Positions 18,822-29,472 of a DNA stretch of 64,000 nucleotides are shown piece after piece. The stretch's first letter is position 1; the number at the start of each line of letters is the position of its first letter. Below the pieces are notes generated by a model, which was given only the letters and a program-made list of their open reading frames with translations, was not told the origin of the DNA and ran no database searches. The stretch comes from an uncultured Clostridia bacterium (lineage in GTDB: Bacteria > CAYTYR01 > UBA6262), in assembly GCA_964441745.1 (NCBI GenBank), contig CAYTYR010000011.1:1-64000 (forward strand), given 5' to 3'. Position numbers and translations under genes: made by a program.

Positions 18822-20540
18822 CTAAAAAAGAAAATATCGCTGCGCCAAAGAAAGTTCTTTTGCCGGTAGACAATTTAGTAACCTGCCATCAGCCCGGACT
18901 TCATAATTCTGATAGTTAACCTCGATCTTTGGTACCCAGTTATTATAAAACATGTCTTTCTTCATTATGCCGCGGCAACGGCTCACTGGAAAAGTCTGTT
19001 TAGCTAAATTTAATTTTTTCGCGATCCCATTCTTATAAGCGTTCTGTGAAACAAAGGTAATACTATTTTCCTGAATAGCCCGCCCGAAACCGCCAAACAT
19101 GTATTTACCCATTATTGGCTGTACCGTGGGAATAGAAGCATTCGCTTCACCCATCGCCGCATAAGTTATAAATCCGCCTTTGATCACCATCTCTGATTTT
19201 ACTCCGAAAAAAGACGGTTTCCAAAGAACCAGATCGGCAAACTTACCTTCTTCTATAGAACCAAGATACTCAGAAATACCATGAGTGATCGCCGGATTAA
19301 TAGTATACTTTGACAGATAACGTTTCAAGCGATAATTATCATTCCCTGAAACATCTTCTTTTAATTTACCGCGTTGCTTTTTCATCTTATCCGCTAATTG
19401 CCAGGTACGGGTGATCACCTCCGCGGTTCGCCCCATAGCTTGCGCGTCTGAGTTAATAATAGAGATCGCTCCCAGATCATGCAAAATATCTTCCGCGGCT
19501 ATGGTATTTGCCCGGATCCTGGAAGTGGCAAAAGAAAGATCTTCCTTGATCTTATGATCAAGATGATGACAAACCATTAACATATGCAGATGTTCATCAA
19601 CTGTATTTATGGTATAAGGCAGCGTCGGAGTTGTCGAAGAACATATAATATTTTTCTCGCCGCAAAGTTTTATTGTATCCGGCGCATGTCCGCCGCCAGC
19701 TCCTTCTACATGATAAGCATGGATACTGCGGCCGTCAATGGCCGCGATAGTATCCTCGACAAAACCAGCCTCGTTCGGGGTATCGGTATGCAGACATGCT
19801 TGGATATCATATTCAGCAATGACTTTTAAGCATGAATTTATAGCTTCAGGAGTTGAACCCCAGTCTTCATGCAGTTTCATCCCAATTACACCCGCCTCTA
19901 TTTGCTCTTTTAAAGGATCACGAAAAGAAGAATTTCCTTTCCCGCAAAGTCCAAAGTTCATCGGAAAAGCTTCCACAGATTTAAGCATTTGCTCAATATT
20001 CCATTTACCTGGCGTAGCCGTAGTGGCAAAGGTTCCGGTAGCCGGGCCAGCGCCCCCGCCGATCATCGTCGTGATCCCGGAAAACAAAGCTTCTTCTACG
20101 ATCTGCGGCGAGATAAAATGCACATGAGAATCAATCCCTCCGGCAGTTACTATCAATCCTTCTCCGGCAATCACTTCAGTAGAAGTTCCCACGATCATTT
20201 TCCTATCCACTCCATCCATGATATCAGGGTTGCCGGCTTTACCAATGCCAGCTATTTTTCCGTCCTTTATACCGATATCAGCCTTAACTATTCCCCAATA
20301 GTCCAGGATCAATGCGTTAGTTATCACCAAATCGAGGACGCCTTCTGTGCGGGTAAAACGCGCGCTTTGTCCCATACCATCGCGAATAACCTTACCCGCG
20401 CCAAATTTATTCTCATCACCATAAACAGTATAATCCTTTTCCACTTCAGCAAAAAGGGCTGTATCGCCCAATCTCACTTTGTCTCCCACAGTGGGACCAT
20501 AAATGGCTCCATATTCTTTCCGTTTTATATTATAGGACAT
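18822..20540 (-). CDS. ureC: Urease alpha subunit
   Basis: [47 protein letters not shown]: all Ni ligands present. Confidence 0.97.
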   Translation of the reverse strand: MSYNIKRKEYGAIYGPTVGDKVRLGDTALFAEVEKDYTVYGDENKFGAGKVIRDGMGQSARFTRTEGVLDLVITNALILDYWGIVKADIGIKDGKIAGIGKAGNPDIMDGVDRKMIVGTSTEVIAGEGLIVTAGGIDSHVHFISPQIVEEALFSGITTMIGGGAGPATGTFATTATPGKWNIEQMLKSVEAFPMNFGLCGKGNSSFRDPLKEQIEAGVIGMKLHEDWGSTPEAINSCLKVIAEYDIQACLHTDTPNEAGFVEDTIAAIDGRSIHAYHVEGAGGGHAPDTIKLCGEKNIICSSTTPTLPYTINTVDEHLHMLMVCHHLDHKIKEDLSFATSRIRANTIAAEDILHDLGAISIINSDAQAMGRTAEVITRTWQLADKMKKQRGKLKEDVSGNDNYRLKRYLSKYTINPAITHGISEYLGSIEEGKFADLVLWKPSFFGVKSEMVIKGGFITYAAMGEANASIPTVQPIMGKYMFGGFGRAIQENSITFVSQNAYKNGIAKKLNLAKQTFPVSRCRGIMKKDMFYNNWVPKIEVNYQNYEVRADGRLLNCLPAKELSLAQRYFLF

Positions 20541-20912
20541 TTATCTCACCTCCTGATAACCTTTTATCTTGGCTCTGCCGAGAGCTCTCTTAATAACTTT
20601 CTTTAAAACAACATTGCCATTGGTCAAACCATTTAACCCATACACTTTTTTCTGGCCACCGATAAGAACCAGATTTACATCCTTCTCTTCTCCAGGCTCA
20701 AATCGTACGGCCGCTCCCGCAGGTATATCCAATCTCATACCAAATGCTTTTTTACGGTCAAAACATAACGCCTTATTCACCTCAAAAAAATGAAAATGTG
20801 AACCAACCTGCACCGGCCGCTCGGCAGTATTTTTCACTATTACCTTAGCCGTTTTTCTGTTGGCATTAAGAACAATTTTTCCTTCTAAATACAAACATTC
20901 CCCAGGATTCAT
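20541..20912 (-). CDS. ureB: Urease beta subunit
   Basis: [30 protein letters not shown]. Confidence 0.97.
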   Translation of the reverse strand: MNPGECLYLEGKIVLNANRKTAKVIVKNTAERPVQVGSHFHFFEVNKALCFDRKKAFGMRLDIPAGAAVRFEPGEEKDVNLVLIGGQKKVYGLNGLTNGNVVLKKVIKRALGRAKIKGYQEVR

Positions 20913-20921
20913 TATTTTCTC

Positions 20922-21224
20922 CTATTTTATGGGATTTAAAACAGTGACCAATTTAGTTCCATCCGGAAAAGAAGCTTCTACCTGAACCATCTCGATCATT
21001 TCTGGCACACCTTCTAAAACCTCGTCTCTTTTAATTATTTTTGATACGACTTCCTGGATCTCGGATAGAGACTTTCCGTCCCGCGCTTTTTCCACGATTT
21101 CGGCCGAGATTATCGCTACTGCCTCGGGATAATTCAGTTTTAACCCCCTGGCTTTACGCGCCCAGGCCAGCTGACTGGCTAAATAGACAAGTAACTTATC
21201 TTTTTCTCTCTGAGTAAGATGCAT
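20922..21224 (-). CDS. ureA: Urease gamma subunit
   Basis: [36 protein letters not shown]. Confidence 0.97.
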   Translation of the reverse strand: MHLTQREKDKLLVYLASQLAWARKARGLKLNYPEAVAIISAEIVEKARDGKSLSEIQEVVSKIIKRDEVLEGVPEMIEMVQVEASFPDGTKLVTVLNPIK

Positions 21225-21235
21225 GACAACCCCTT

Positions 21236-21562
21236 TTATAAAGATTCTTCGCCGCGTTTACCGGTGCGAATGGTAATAGCTTCTTCCACGTTTAAAATAA
21301 AGATCTTCCCGTCGCCAATATTCCCTGTTCGTCCCTCTTTAATAATAATATCCACTACTTTTTGCGCCTCCGCGTCTTTACAGGTCACCACCAAAAGTTC
21401 TTTAGGCAATTTATCATAGCTCATCCCGCCGATAACTATGCCTTTCTGCTTCCCCCGGCCGCGTACGCTTATTTCCGTCAAGGAATAAAATCCTTCTCTT
21501 TTTAGCCCCTCTTCAACATCCTTAAGTTTCTCCGGCCTGACCACCGCTTGGATCATTTTCAT
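21236..21562 (-). CDS. P-II protein, NifI1-like
   Basis: [18 protein letters not shown] short T-loop typical of the NifI1 subgroup; [10 protein letters not shown]. Confidence 0.88.
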   Translation of the reverse strand: MKMIQAVVRPEKLKDVEEGLKREGFYSLTEISVRGRGKQKGIVIGGMSYDKLPKELLVVTCKDAEAQKVVDIIIKEGRTGNIGDGKIFILNVEEAITIRTGKRGEESL

Positions 21563-21595
21563 TTTTGGCTCCCTCCTTTTGCTAAAGCTTCTTTT

Positions 21596-22291
21596 TTATA
21601 CCGCCAGATGATTATTGATCAGCTCCCGGTTAATATTCCTGGTTTCGCCGCTAGCCACAATACCGCCTTTTTCCATAACATAATAATGATCGGCCAGACG
21701 CAAAGCAAAATCGAGGTATTGTTCCACTAATAAAATAGAAATGGTCTTTTGTTCCTTAAGCATTCTGATCGTGTTTTCAATTTCAAAAACAATGGAGGGC
21801 TGGATACCTTCCGTCGGCTCATCCAAAAGCAATAATTTAGGTTCGGATATTAAAGCGCGGGCAATGGCCAACTGCTGCTGCTGCCCGCCGCTTAGATCGC
21901 CGCCGCTTCGGGAAGATATTATTCGTAATTCCGGAAATAACTCATAGATCCCTTCCGGGATAGTACGATCTCTTTTCTTTTTTGTCTCTAATCCCAATAA
22001 TAGATTTTCTTTGACCGTCAGATAAGGAAATATTTCCCGGCCTTGTGGAACATAGCTGATACCGCGGCTCACGCGTTTATCCGTAGCCAGCCTGGTTATA
22101 TCCTGCCGGTCGAAAACGATCTTTCCTTGAGCCGCCGGCAGCAATCCCATGATCGTTTTTAGCAAAGTAGTTTTCCCCACGCCATTTCTGCCCATCAGAG
22201 CCACTACTTTTCCTGGGGGAATTTGCAAGTTAACCTGCCGCAAGATCTGGGTTTCTTCATAATAGGCGGACAGTTGTTCAATACTGAGCAT
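21596..22291 (-). CDS. urtE: Urea ABC transporter ATP-binding subunit
   Basis: GRNGVGKTT, YVPQGREIF, DLSGGQQQQLAIARAL, DEPTEGIQPSIV. Confidence 0.93.
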   Translation of the reverse strand: MLSIEQLSAYYEETQILRQVNLQIPPGKVVALMGRNGVGKTTLLKTIMGLLPAAQGKIVFDRQDITRLATDKRVSRGISYVPQGREIFPYLTVKENLLLGLETKKKRDRTIPEGIYELFPELRIISSRSGGDLSGGQQQQLAIARALISEPKLLLLDEPTEGIQPSIVFEIENTIRMLKEQKTISILLVEQYLDFALRLADHYYVMEKGGIVASGETRNINRELINNHLAV

Positions 22292-22308
22292 ACTCTCTCT
22301 CCTCTAAT

Positions 22309-23058
22309 TTATCCTTCTTCTGCCCGGCCCAAATAAACTTTAAGCACCACCGGATTAGCTTGTATCTCAGCCATAGTCCCCTCGCATAATATCGCGCCTT
22401 CATGCAGCACCGTCACCTTTTTGGCGATTTTGCGCACAAACTCCATATCATGCTCCACTACCACCACCGATCGGTCCCGTGAAATTAATTGCAAAAGTTC
22501 TCCGGTTTTATCCCGTTCTTTTCCGGTCATTCCAGCCACCGGCTCATCCACCAGCAACAATACCGGCTCCTGCACAATGTTCATACCCAACTCCAACCAT
22601 TGTTTCTCGCCATGAGCGAGAATGCCGGCTCTTTGTCCGGCTTTGCCTTCCAAGCCAATAGTTTGCAGAACAGAGATTATTTTATCAAGATCACTTTTTA
22701 ATTTTCCAAATTTAAAATTGGAAAATACTCCTTTAGCTTTATTCAAAGATATTTCCATATTTTCCAAAACGCTGAGGTTATTAAATACTGTCGGTGTTTG
22801 GAATTTTCTGCTAATGCCTAATTGCGCTATCCGATACTCCGGGAATCCGTAAATATTCTCTCCTTTAAAATAGATCTTTCCTGCTTGCGGCTTGATCCTC
22901 CCGGAGATCACGTCAATTAATGTCGTTTTGCCGGCGCCATTAGGGCCGATCAACATTCTCAGCTCACCCTTACCCACGGCAAAATCAACCTTATTTAAAG
23001 CTTTGAATCCGTTGAAATTAACGGTTATATTCTTCAGATCTATAATAAACTCAGGCAT
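22309..23058 (-). CDS. urtD: Urea ABC transporter ATP-binding subunit
   Basis: GPNGAGKTT, RKFQTPTVF, LAHGEKQWLELGM, VEHDMEFV. Confidence 0.93.
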   Translation of the reverse strand: MPEFIIDLKNITVNFNGFKALNKVDFAVGKGELRMLIGPNGAGKTTLIDVISGRIKPQAGKIYFKGENIYGFPEYRIAQLGISRKFQTPTVFNNLSVLENMEISLNKAKGVFSNFKFGKLKSDLDKIISVLQTIGLEGKAGQRAGILAHGEKQWLELGMNIVQEPVLLLVDEPVAGMTGKERDKTGELLQLISRDRSVVVVEHDMEFVRKIAKKVTVLHEGAILCEGTMAEIQANPVVLKVYLGRAEEG

Positions 23059-24097
23059 CTTTAAGTCTCCGGAGGCCTTTTATTTTATTTTTTAGTTTTT
23101 CCATAAAGCCAATAATACCGTCAGGAAATAATAAAACAATAGCCACAAATAATCCCCCTAATATATAAAGCCATATTTCCGGAAAAGACTCGCTAAAATA
23201 GCTCTTCGCGGCATTTACCGCCAAAGCGCCTATAATGGCGCCTAACAATGTTCCCCGACCGCCAACCGCAACCCAAATAGCCATTTCTACGGAAGGGGCA
23301 ATGCCCATCATGGAAGGAGAAATGATCCCTACCTGGGGGACAAAAACCGCTCCGGCCAAACCAGCCAAGCCTGCGGAGACCGCGAAGATAAACAATTTAT
23401 ACTTAGTCGTATTATAGCCTAAAAATTTAAGGCGATTTTCTCCATCGCGGACAGCGATCAGAATATTGCCAAATCTACTAACCGTTAACCAACGACAAAA
23501 TAAATAGGCCAAGCCTAAGACAATTACCGTAATCACATAGAGCCAAAACATTGTTTTTGGTTCGGCCAAAGAATAGCCAAAAATATTCTGCAGATTAGTA
23601 ATGCCATTCGTTCCGCCGGTAAAAGGTTGTTGGCCAATAAATAAGATCATAAAGACCAGCGCTAAAGCCTGAGTAATAATGGAAAAATATACCCCTTTTA
23701 TTCCTACGCGAAAAGTGGGCAAACCAATGATCAAGGCAACCAGCATCGGCAAGATCACGGCCATTGGTAAAGCAAACCATATATGTTGAAACGGCTTCCA
23801 AAACCAGGGCAATGCGGTCAGGCCGCACCACATCATAAAATCAGGCAAAGGCTCGGCCTGTAGTTTTAGATAGGCCCCCATACAATAAGCGCCCAAACCA
23901 AAATAAACCGCCTGCCCTAAACTTAATATTCCGGTATAACCCCAGATAAGATCGATCCCTAAAGCCACGATAGCCAAGGATAAATATTTACCTAACAGAT
24001 TTAATCGAAAATCCGAAAAGCCAAACGGCGCTAATAGCAATAAGGCAAAAATTAAAATTGCATATTTTTCTTTATTAAAAATATTAGACCTCTTCAA
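23051..24097 (-). CDS. urtC: Urea ABC transporter permease (start probably TTG at 24097, overlapping urtB stop)
   Basis: LLGKYL..AIVALGIDLIWGYTGILSLG, LPDFM.W, GVYFSIITQAL, TGGTNG, WVAVGGRGTL. Confidence 0.92.
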   Translation of the reverse strand: MKRSNIFNKEKYAILIFALLLLAPFGFSDFRLNLLGKYLSLAIVALGIDLIWGYTGILSLGQAVYFGLGAYCMGAYLKLQAEPLPDFMMWCGLTALPWFWKPFQHIWFALPMAVILPMLVALIIGLPTFRVGIKGVYFSIITQALALVFMILFIGQQPFTGGTNGITNLQNIFGYSLAEPKTMFWLYVITVIVLGLAYLFCRWLTVSRFGNILIAVRDGENRLKFLGYNTTKYKLFIFAVSAGLAGLAGAVFVPQVGIISPSMMGIAPSVEMAIWVAVGGRGTLLGAIIGALAVNAAKSYFSESFPEIWLYILGGLFVAIVLLFPDGIIGFMEKLKNKIKGLRRLKDA

Positions 24098-25005
24098 TCC
24101 AGTCTCCTGCTCTTCAAGAAAAATAAACCCTGGGGTTTCCACTGCAGAAAAATGATCACTAACGCAAAAACAATTACCTTACCCATACTGGAAGTAGTAA
24201 TAAACTCAAAGATAGAGCTAAAAGTTCCGATCAAGACAGCGCCCGCGATAGTACCGGCCAAACGGCCTACGCCGCCTAAAACCACTACCATAAAAGAATC
24301 AATGATATAATTTTGTCCGGTGCTCGGCCCAATAGAACCCAGGAGACTTACTGCGTAGCCAGCCACACCAGCCAATCCTGATCCCAGGGCAAAAGTAAAA
24401 GCGTCTATTTTACCGGTGGGTATTCCTAAACAAGCGCTCATGGATCTATTTTGCATCACTGCGCGGATACGCCGGCCGGGAGCGGAACGATATAGATACA
24501 GATACATACCCACAATACAGAAACTGCTCAAAAATATGATAAATAGCCGATTATACGGTAACTGCAAACCGGCAGTAACTTTCCAGGCGCCTCTCAGCCA
24601 GGAAGGGCTGACTACTTCCACATTATTGGCGCCAAATATACTTCGCGCCAGTTGTTGGAGGATCAGGCTAACTCCCCAGGTAGCCAGCATCGTCTCAAAG
24701 GGCCGGCCATATAAAAAACGAATTAAAGTTTTTTCCAGTAAAAATCCTATTAAAGCCGCGCCCAAAAAAGATACCGGCAAGGCAGCCGCAAAATATAATC
24801 CCATTAACTCCGGCCGTACATAATGGGAAAAGACAATCTGCGTCAGATACGTCATATAAGCGCCGATCATCAAGAATTCGCCATGGGCAAAATTAATTAC
24901 TCCCATAATACCAAAAGTAATGCCTAAACCTAAACCAACCAGTAATAGGATCGAGCCTAAACTTAGCCCATTAAAAACTTGCATCAGCAGAACTTCTACG
25001 GTCAT
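24094..25005 (-). CDS. urtB: Urea ABC transporter permease
   Basis: FNGLSLGSILLL, MGVINFAHGEF.M.GAY, LYGRP.ET.LATWG.SL.LQQ. Confidence 0.92.
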   Translation of the reverse strand: MTVEVLLMQVFNGLSLGSILLLVGLGLGITFGIMGVINFAHGEFLMIGAYMTYLTQIVFSHYVRPELMGLYFAAALPVSFLGAALIGFLLEKTLIRFLYGRPFETMLATWGVSLILQQLARSIFGANNVEVVSPSWLRGAWKVTAGLQLPYNRLFIIFLSSFCIVGMYLYLYRSAPGRRIRAVMQNRSMSACLGIPTGKIDAFTFALGSGLAGVAGYAVSLLGSIGPSTGQNYIIDSFMVVVLGGVGRLAGTIAGAVLIGTFSSIFEFITTSSMGKVIVFALVIIFLQWKPQGLFFLKSRRLD

Positions 25006-25099
25006 TAATATTAACCCCTTAATAAGCTGAAAGATACGGTTGAGGAGCAGACCCGGGGTGTAGACTAAGCCTACTCCCCAACCCTCTTTCTACACACTA

Positions 25100-26320
25100 T
25101 TATTTTTCTTTTACCACACCTGGCTCTATGACTACTTTATTGGAAACTATCGGCGGGAACGGGTCCGGCTTTACCGGTTTGCCTGAGCTCCACAGTATAT
25201 CAAATTGACCATCAGCCCTGACTCTACCGACTTGCACTATTTTAGAAGTATGATTATTAGTCGGATCGATCGTCACTGTTCCTTCCGGCGCTTCATAGGA
25301 CAATCCACGAATGGCCAGTCGCACCTTAGCCACATCCGCGGTTCCGGCCTTCTCTACAGCTTTTGCCCAGAGATAAACCCCGTAATAATTAGCTTCTATC
25401 GGATCATCGGTTACCCGGTCCTGTCCATAGCGCGCTTTGTAATTTTTAACAAATTCCTTGTTCTTCGGTGTATCCATGCTCATAAAATAATTCCAGACAG
25501 CAAAATGGCCGATGAGATTCTCCGCGCCAATACCCCTGATCTCGTCCTCCGCAATACTCACCGACATGGTCGGGATATCCGCGGCTGAAATTCCCGCAGA
25601 CCGCAATTGCTTAAAGAAAGCGACATTGCTATCTCCGTTCAGGGAACTAAAAACAATATCCGGCTTAGCAGTTTTGATCTTATTGATAATCGTGCTATAT
25701 TCGGTATGGCCGAGCTGTGTATACTCTTCTCCTGCCAAGATACCGCCTTTGGCTTTCAGCACTGCTTTAACGATCAGATTGGCAGTTCTGGGAAAGACAT
25801 AATCAGAACCTAAGAGATAAAACTTTTTGTATCCTTTTTCCAAAAGCCATTCCACTCCCGGAATGATCTGCTGATTAGCGGTGGCGCCGGTATAAATAAT
25901 ATTCTTTGACGCCTCCAAACCTTCATATTGCACCGGGTAGATCAATAGATGATTGTACTTTTCAAATACCGGCAGAACTGCCTTGCGGCTGGCCGAGGTC
26001 CAACAGCCGAATACTACCGCTACTTTATCTTTTAATATTAATTTTTTTGCCTTCTCCGCGAATGTCGGCCAGTCAGAAGCGCCGTCTTCAATGATCGGCA
26101 CGATCTTTCTCCCTAATAAACCGCCCTTTGCATTGATCTCCTCGATCGCCATCAATTCACCATCTTTGACCGCTACCTCGCTGATAGACATGGTTCCGCT
26201 CAATGAATGCAGGATTCCCACTTTAATCGGTTCCTTTTCATCTGCCGCGAAACAATTATTTGTTATTCCCAACAAGATCACTAACCAAGTTGCAAAACAT
26301 AAACGCAATCTATTAATCAT
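25100..26320 (-). CDS. urtA: Urea ABC transporter substrate-binding protein
   Basis: [62 protein letters not shown]. Confidence 0.95.
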   Translation of the reverse strand: MINRLRLCFATWLVILLGITNNCFAADEKEPIKVGILHSLSGTMSISEVAVKDGELMAIEEINAKGGLLGRKIVPIIEDGASDWPTFAEKAKKLILKDKVAVVFGCWTSASRKAVLPVFEKYNHLLIYPVQYEGLEASKNIIYTGATANQQIIPGVEWLLEKGYKKFYLLGSDYVFPRTANLIVKAVLKAKGGILAGEEYTQLGHTEYSTIINKIKTAKPDIVFSSLNGDSNVAFFKQLRSAGISAADIPTMSVSIAEDEIRGIGAENLIGHFAVWNYFMSMDTPKNKEFVKNYKARYGQDRVTDDPIEANYYGVYLWAKAVEKAGTADVAKVRLAIRGLSYEAPEGTVTIDPTNNHTSKIVQVGRVRADGQFDILWSSGKPVKPDPFPPIVSNKVVIEPGVVKEK

Positions 26321-26344
26321 TGATTTTCTCCTTTTTTGTAATAA

Positions 26345-27481
26345 TTAGAAATCATAAAAAAACGATACCATGGTTTGATTACCGAAAAATTTATCCTTAT
26401 TCGACCATTCCGTAACGACATAAGTATATTCCGCTCCTACACCCAACCCGCCTGGTAAGGTATAAGTCACATTAACAAATGAACGTTGGTTATTAAGATA
26501 ATGAGCCGTATCGGACAAACCATCCAGATCCGCATCCTTGGGATTGTCAAAACCAAAACCCGCATGGAAACCCCACGGTTTGGGAGCATAGCCAAGATCG
26601 ATCCAGCCCACGTAGGTATTTATTTCCTGTATCCCGTTAAAATCCTGGCCAAAACGGAAAAATTCCGCTCCTAAAGCCTTGCCTTGCGCCAATTCTCCAG
26701 ACAAAACTACCGGGCCCACAGGAACAGAGGCTTCCATTCCGGCCATTTGAGATACTACTGTTTCATTACTGCCACTAAGTTTTCCGGTCCGATAAACGCC
26801 GGAAAGCGCCACGATCAAGTTATTCGGTCCGGCAAAACCGATACGACCTCCCACAAAGGGCATGCGCATGGTATCTTCAAACGGCCCTAAAGCGGCAGAA
26901 CGTTCAAAACGCATCGAGGTGGCAGTTACATTTACGCCGGAACCAAATGAATGTTTAACCGTAATTTGGGGGATCCGCTGCCAGAGATTCCCGCCATAAC
27001 CCATAATGGAAAAATCCAGCGCATTGGGATTTAAAGTCATTACCGGGCTCCAATCTTGCCCCACAATAAATCTCGTTTGCGCAGTGCCATAATTGATACT
27101 GGCCAATCTCAAACGAGGCGCGGTCAACCCTGCTTTATCCGAACCCCAAAAATCAAATTCGCCTTTAGTAATGAGACTTAGAACGCCTTCTTGCCATTCT
27201 GACTTTATTCCCAATAAAAGAAACCGGGAATTAAAAGAACTTGAGTCATTTTCTCCTGGGCCAACCGCGGTAACATATCCGTTAAACTGTGCGGGATCCA
27301 ATGGGTTTGTGTCTCTACTGCTGTAAATAGTATCTAATTCCACGTGACCATACGGTATAACTTTTATTTCACCGCCAGCAAAAGCGATTTGAATACCAAA
27401 AATAGTAAATATTACCAAACAAGATAAACTTAAAAACCCTGCTTTCAAAAACCGATTAACTGTTCTCTGATAATTTGGCAT
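26345..27481 (-). CDS. Putative porin (first gene of the urea operon)
   Basis: Signal peptide, YG.V.LD, EFDF...PRLRLA, GQDWS..WQRIPQ, terminal YDF. Confidence 0.65.
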   Translation of the reverse strand: MPNYQRTVNRFLKAGFLSLSCLVIFTIFGIQIAFAGGEIKVIPYGHVELDTIYSSRDTNPLDPAQFNGYVTAVGPGENDSSSFNSRFLLLGIKSEWQEGVLSLITKGEFDFWGSDKAGLTAPRLRLASINYGTAQTRFIVGQDWSPVMTLNPNALDFSIMGYGGNLWQRIPQITVKHSFGSGVNVTATSMRFERSAALGPFEDTMRMPFVGGRIGFAGPNNLIVALSGVYRTGKLSGSNETVVSQMAGMEASVPVGPVVLSGELAQGKALGAEFFRFGQDFNGIQEINTYVGWIDLGYAPKPWGFHAGFGFDNPKDADLDGLSDTAHYLNNQRSFVNVTYTLPGGLGVGAEYTYVVTEWSNKDKFFGNQTMVSFFYDF

Positions 27482-27582
27482 TTATACCTCCTCTCATTTT
27501 TTCAGTCTAGTCAAACCAAAAACATAAACACAATAACTACCTCTATACTATCTTCTATCACCTCCTGTCAAAACTATTACTA

Positions 27583-27772
27583 CAAATAAAAAAAGACGCC
27601 TTATTGTAATCCTTCACGGATCCTAATAAGACGCCTGCGTCTTTGTTTCCTACCGTAAACAATAATAGCGTTCTGACACCTACTCAGAACGCCTTTGTTT
27701 TTGCCCCTTCATCGGAGCCATATTCTATTGCCTTACATCTATACAAGTAAAAAACAGGCACTCTTGGTAACT
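27583..27772. repeat. 190-bp direct repeat copy 2
   Basis: Identical by eye to 18615-18804. Confidence 0.95.
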
Positions 27773-27773
27773 A

Positions 27774-29472
27774 TTAAAAACTATATTTAACCTTAACGAA
27801 TCCTTCATCAGTATCTTTTATTTTCCCAAAAGTGGTCGTAGTTTTGCCATTTATTAAACGCAGGCCTAAAATGATCTCAGCATTGTCCACGGGATAATAA
27901 GCAATTTCAGGCGCGAAGATCAGCGCGTAGTTATTTTTAAGGTCCTCAAAATCTTTTATCTCTATGCCCCCGCCAATAGGAGTTACTTTCAGTTTGTCAG
28001 CAAAGAACTTCTGCTCCAAGCCAAACATGAAGTAATCTTCCAGGCTGTCTTTGCCTCTCTCATAAATAAAGCCGTGCAAGTATTGCCCGTTAATGTATAG
28101 GCCATTTTTAAAAGTATAATCTCCGCCAATCACATATTTCGTGTATGGGTTATCATCCATGGCAGTAGATGATCTAGTACCCATTCCCAAGGCGGATAGA
28201 TCTGTTTCCAGGTAGATCTTTTCCGGGAAGAATGCCGCTGCCTCCGCCCAAATGCCGACATCACCGATCGCTCCCGCCAGGTCTAGCCCGGCTATATGCA
28301 GGCGCGGATAAATAAGTTCGGTGTCTAGGTCCACTGTACCGGGTATTGCCGTGGGAGTAAAGATCACTTTTCTGGCCGGAGTTCCGTTAGTCTGGGGTAG
28401 TCTTGTTTTTATCCGGTAACAGCGACAACCCAGCCGGCACAAAAGTAAGGGTGCCAGCAAAGCAAAAAAGATCCCCAGGGCGGCAAATATCCCAAATTCC
28501 CGGATCATCCTTAAATAAGACCAGAAAATGAAGGAAAGGAATCCGGCTACTGTCGTAACACCCGCGAGCATTACCGGGATTCCAACCTCACTGAGCGCGT
28601 CTCTTGAACGCGTAAGTTTATCTGGCGTCTCTGGCGCTGGTTCACTGAATTTATAGACAACATGTATCCCATAGGCGCTGCCTACGGCAATGAGAATGAC
28701 GGGAATGATATTGGAGATCACGGTTATATTGACCTTAAGGAGACTCATTATCCCTAAAGTCCAGATAATACTGATAAAAACAGAAACCAGGGAAAGCGCT
28801 ACACCCCTGATATTACGCAATCCAAAATATAAGGAAATGATGATCAAAATAGTGACCAGTGGCAAGAGCGTTTTTAAATCATCTGCGATGATATTAGTGA
28901 GATCGTGCATCTGGAACGGTAATCCGCCATAATATACTTTTTCTTTCACCTGGGCGTTATTAACGATCTCTTTTAATTTTCGCGCGGTTTTTATCCGGTC
29001 AGCATCTGCCCGGATCCGGCATGATCAAGGCCGCTTTCGCGTCTGCGGGGACCAGCTTGCCGCAATAGAGGTCTTTGGAGAGAGTATATTTTTTCAGTTC
29101 TTGGAGCTTAGCGTCTGATTTAGGGAGAACATATTCATCTTTTTTAATATCGATCACGTTCGTCAAACTGGTCACATCTGAGACCCCGTCGACAAGTTTG
29201 AACTTTCGGGTCAAATAATTTATTTGTTCAATGGTATCTTTATTAAAGACATCCCGTGTCTCGATCGCTACCATGGCTATGGAATTGCCGCCGTATTTTT
29301 CACCAATGTAATTGAATGTCTTAGCTGCCGGGTCATTTTTGGGCAGGTAACTTAGGATATCAGGATTGATCTTTAGGCCTTTTACAAAATATCCTAATAT
29401 TAAAGTAATCAGAATAGTTATGGCGATAATCGCTACCCGGCGCTTAATTACAAAATTACTAAACAACTTCAT
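27774..29472 (-). pseudogene. Broken MMPL/RND exporter fused by deletion to the 3' end of an outer-membrane protein gene
   Basis: N-terminal MMPL part (28999-29472) frameshifts near 29020 into CRIRADADRIKTARKLKEIV...YYGGLP. TM segment AVGSAYGIH follows, then an abrupt switch near 28430 to a beta-strand region ending VKVKYSF. Confidence 0.75.

Noticed and set aside
21236-21562. Nitrogen fixation inferred from the NifI1-like P-II
   Set aside because: No nifH/D/K or nifI2 in the window; the context is urea utilisation.
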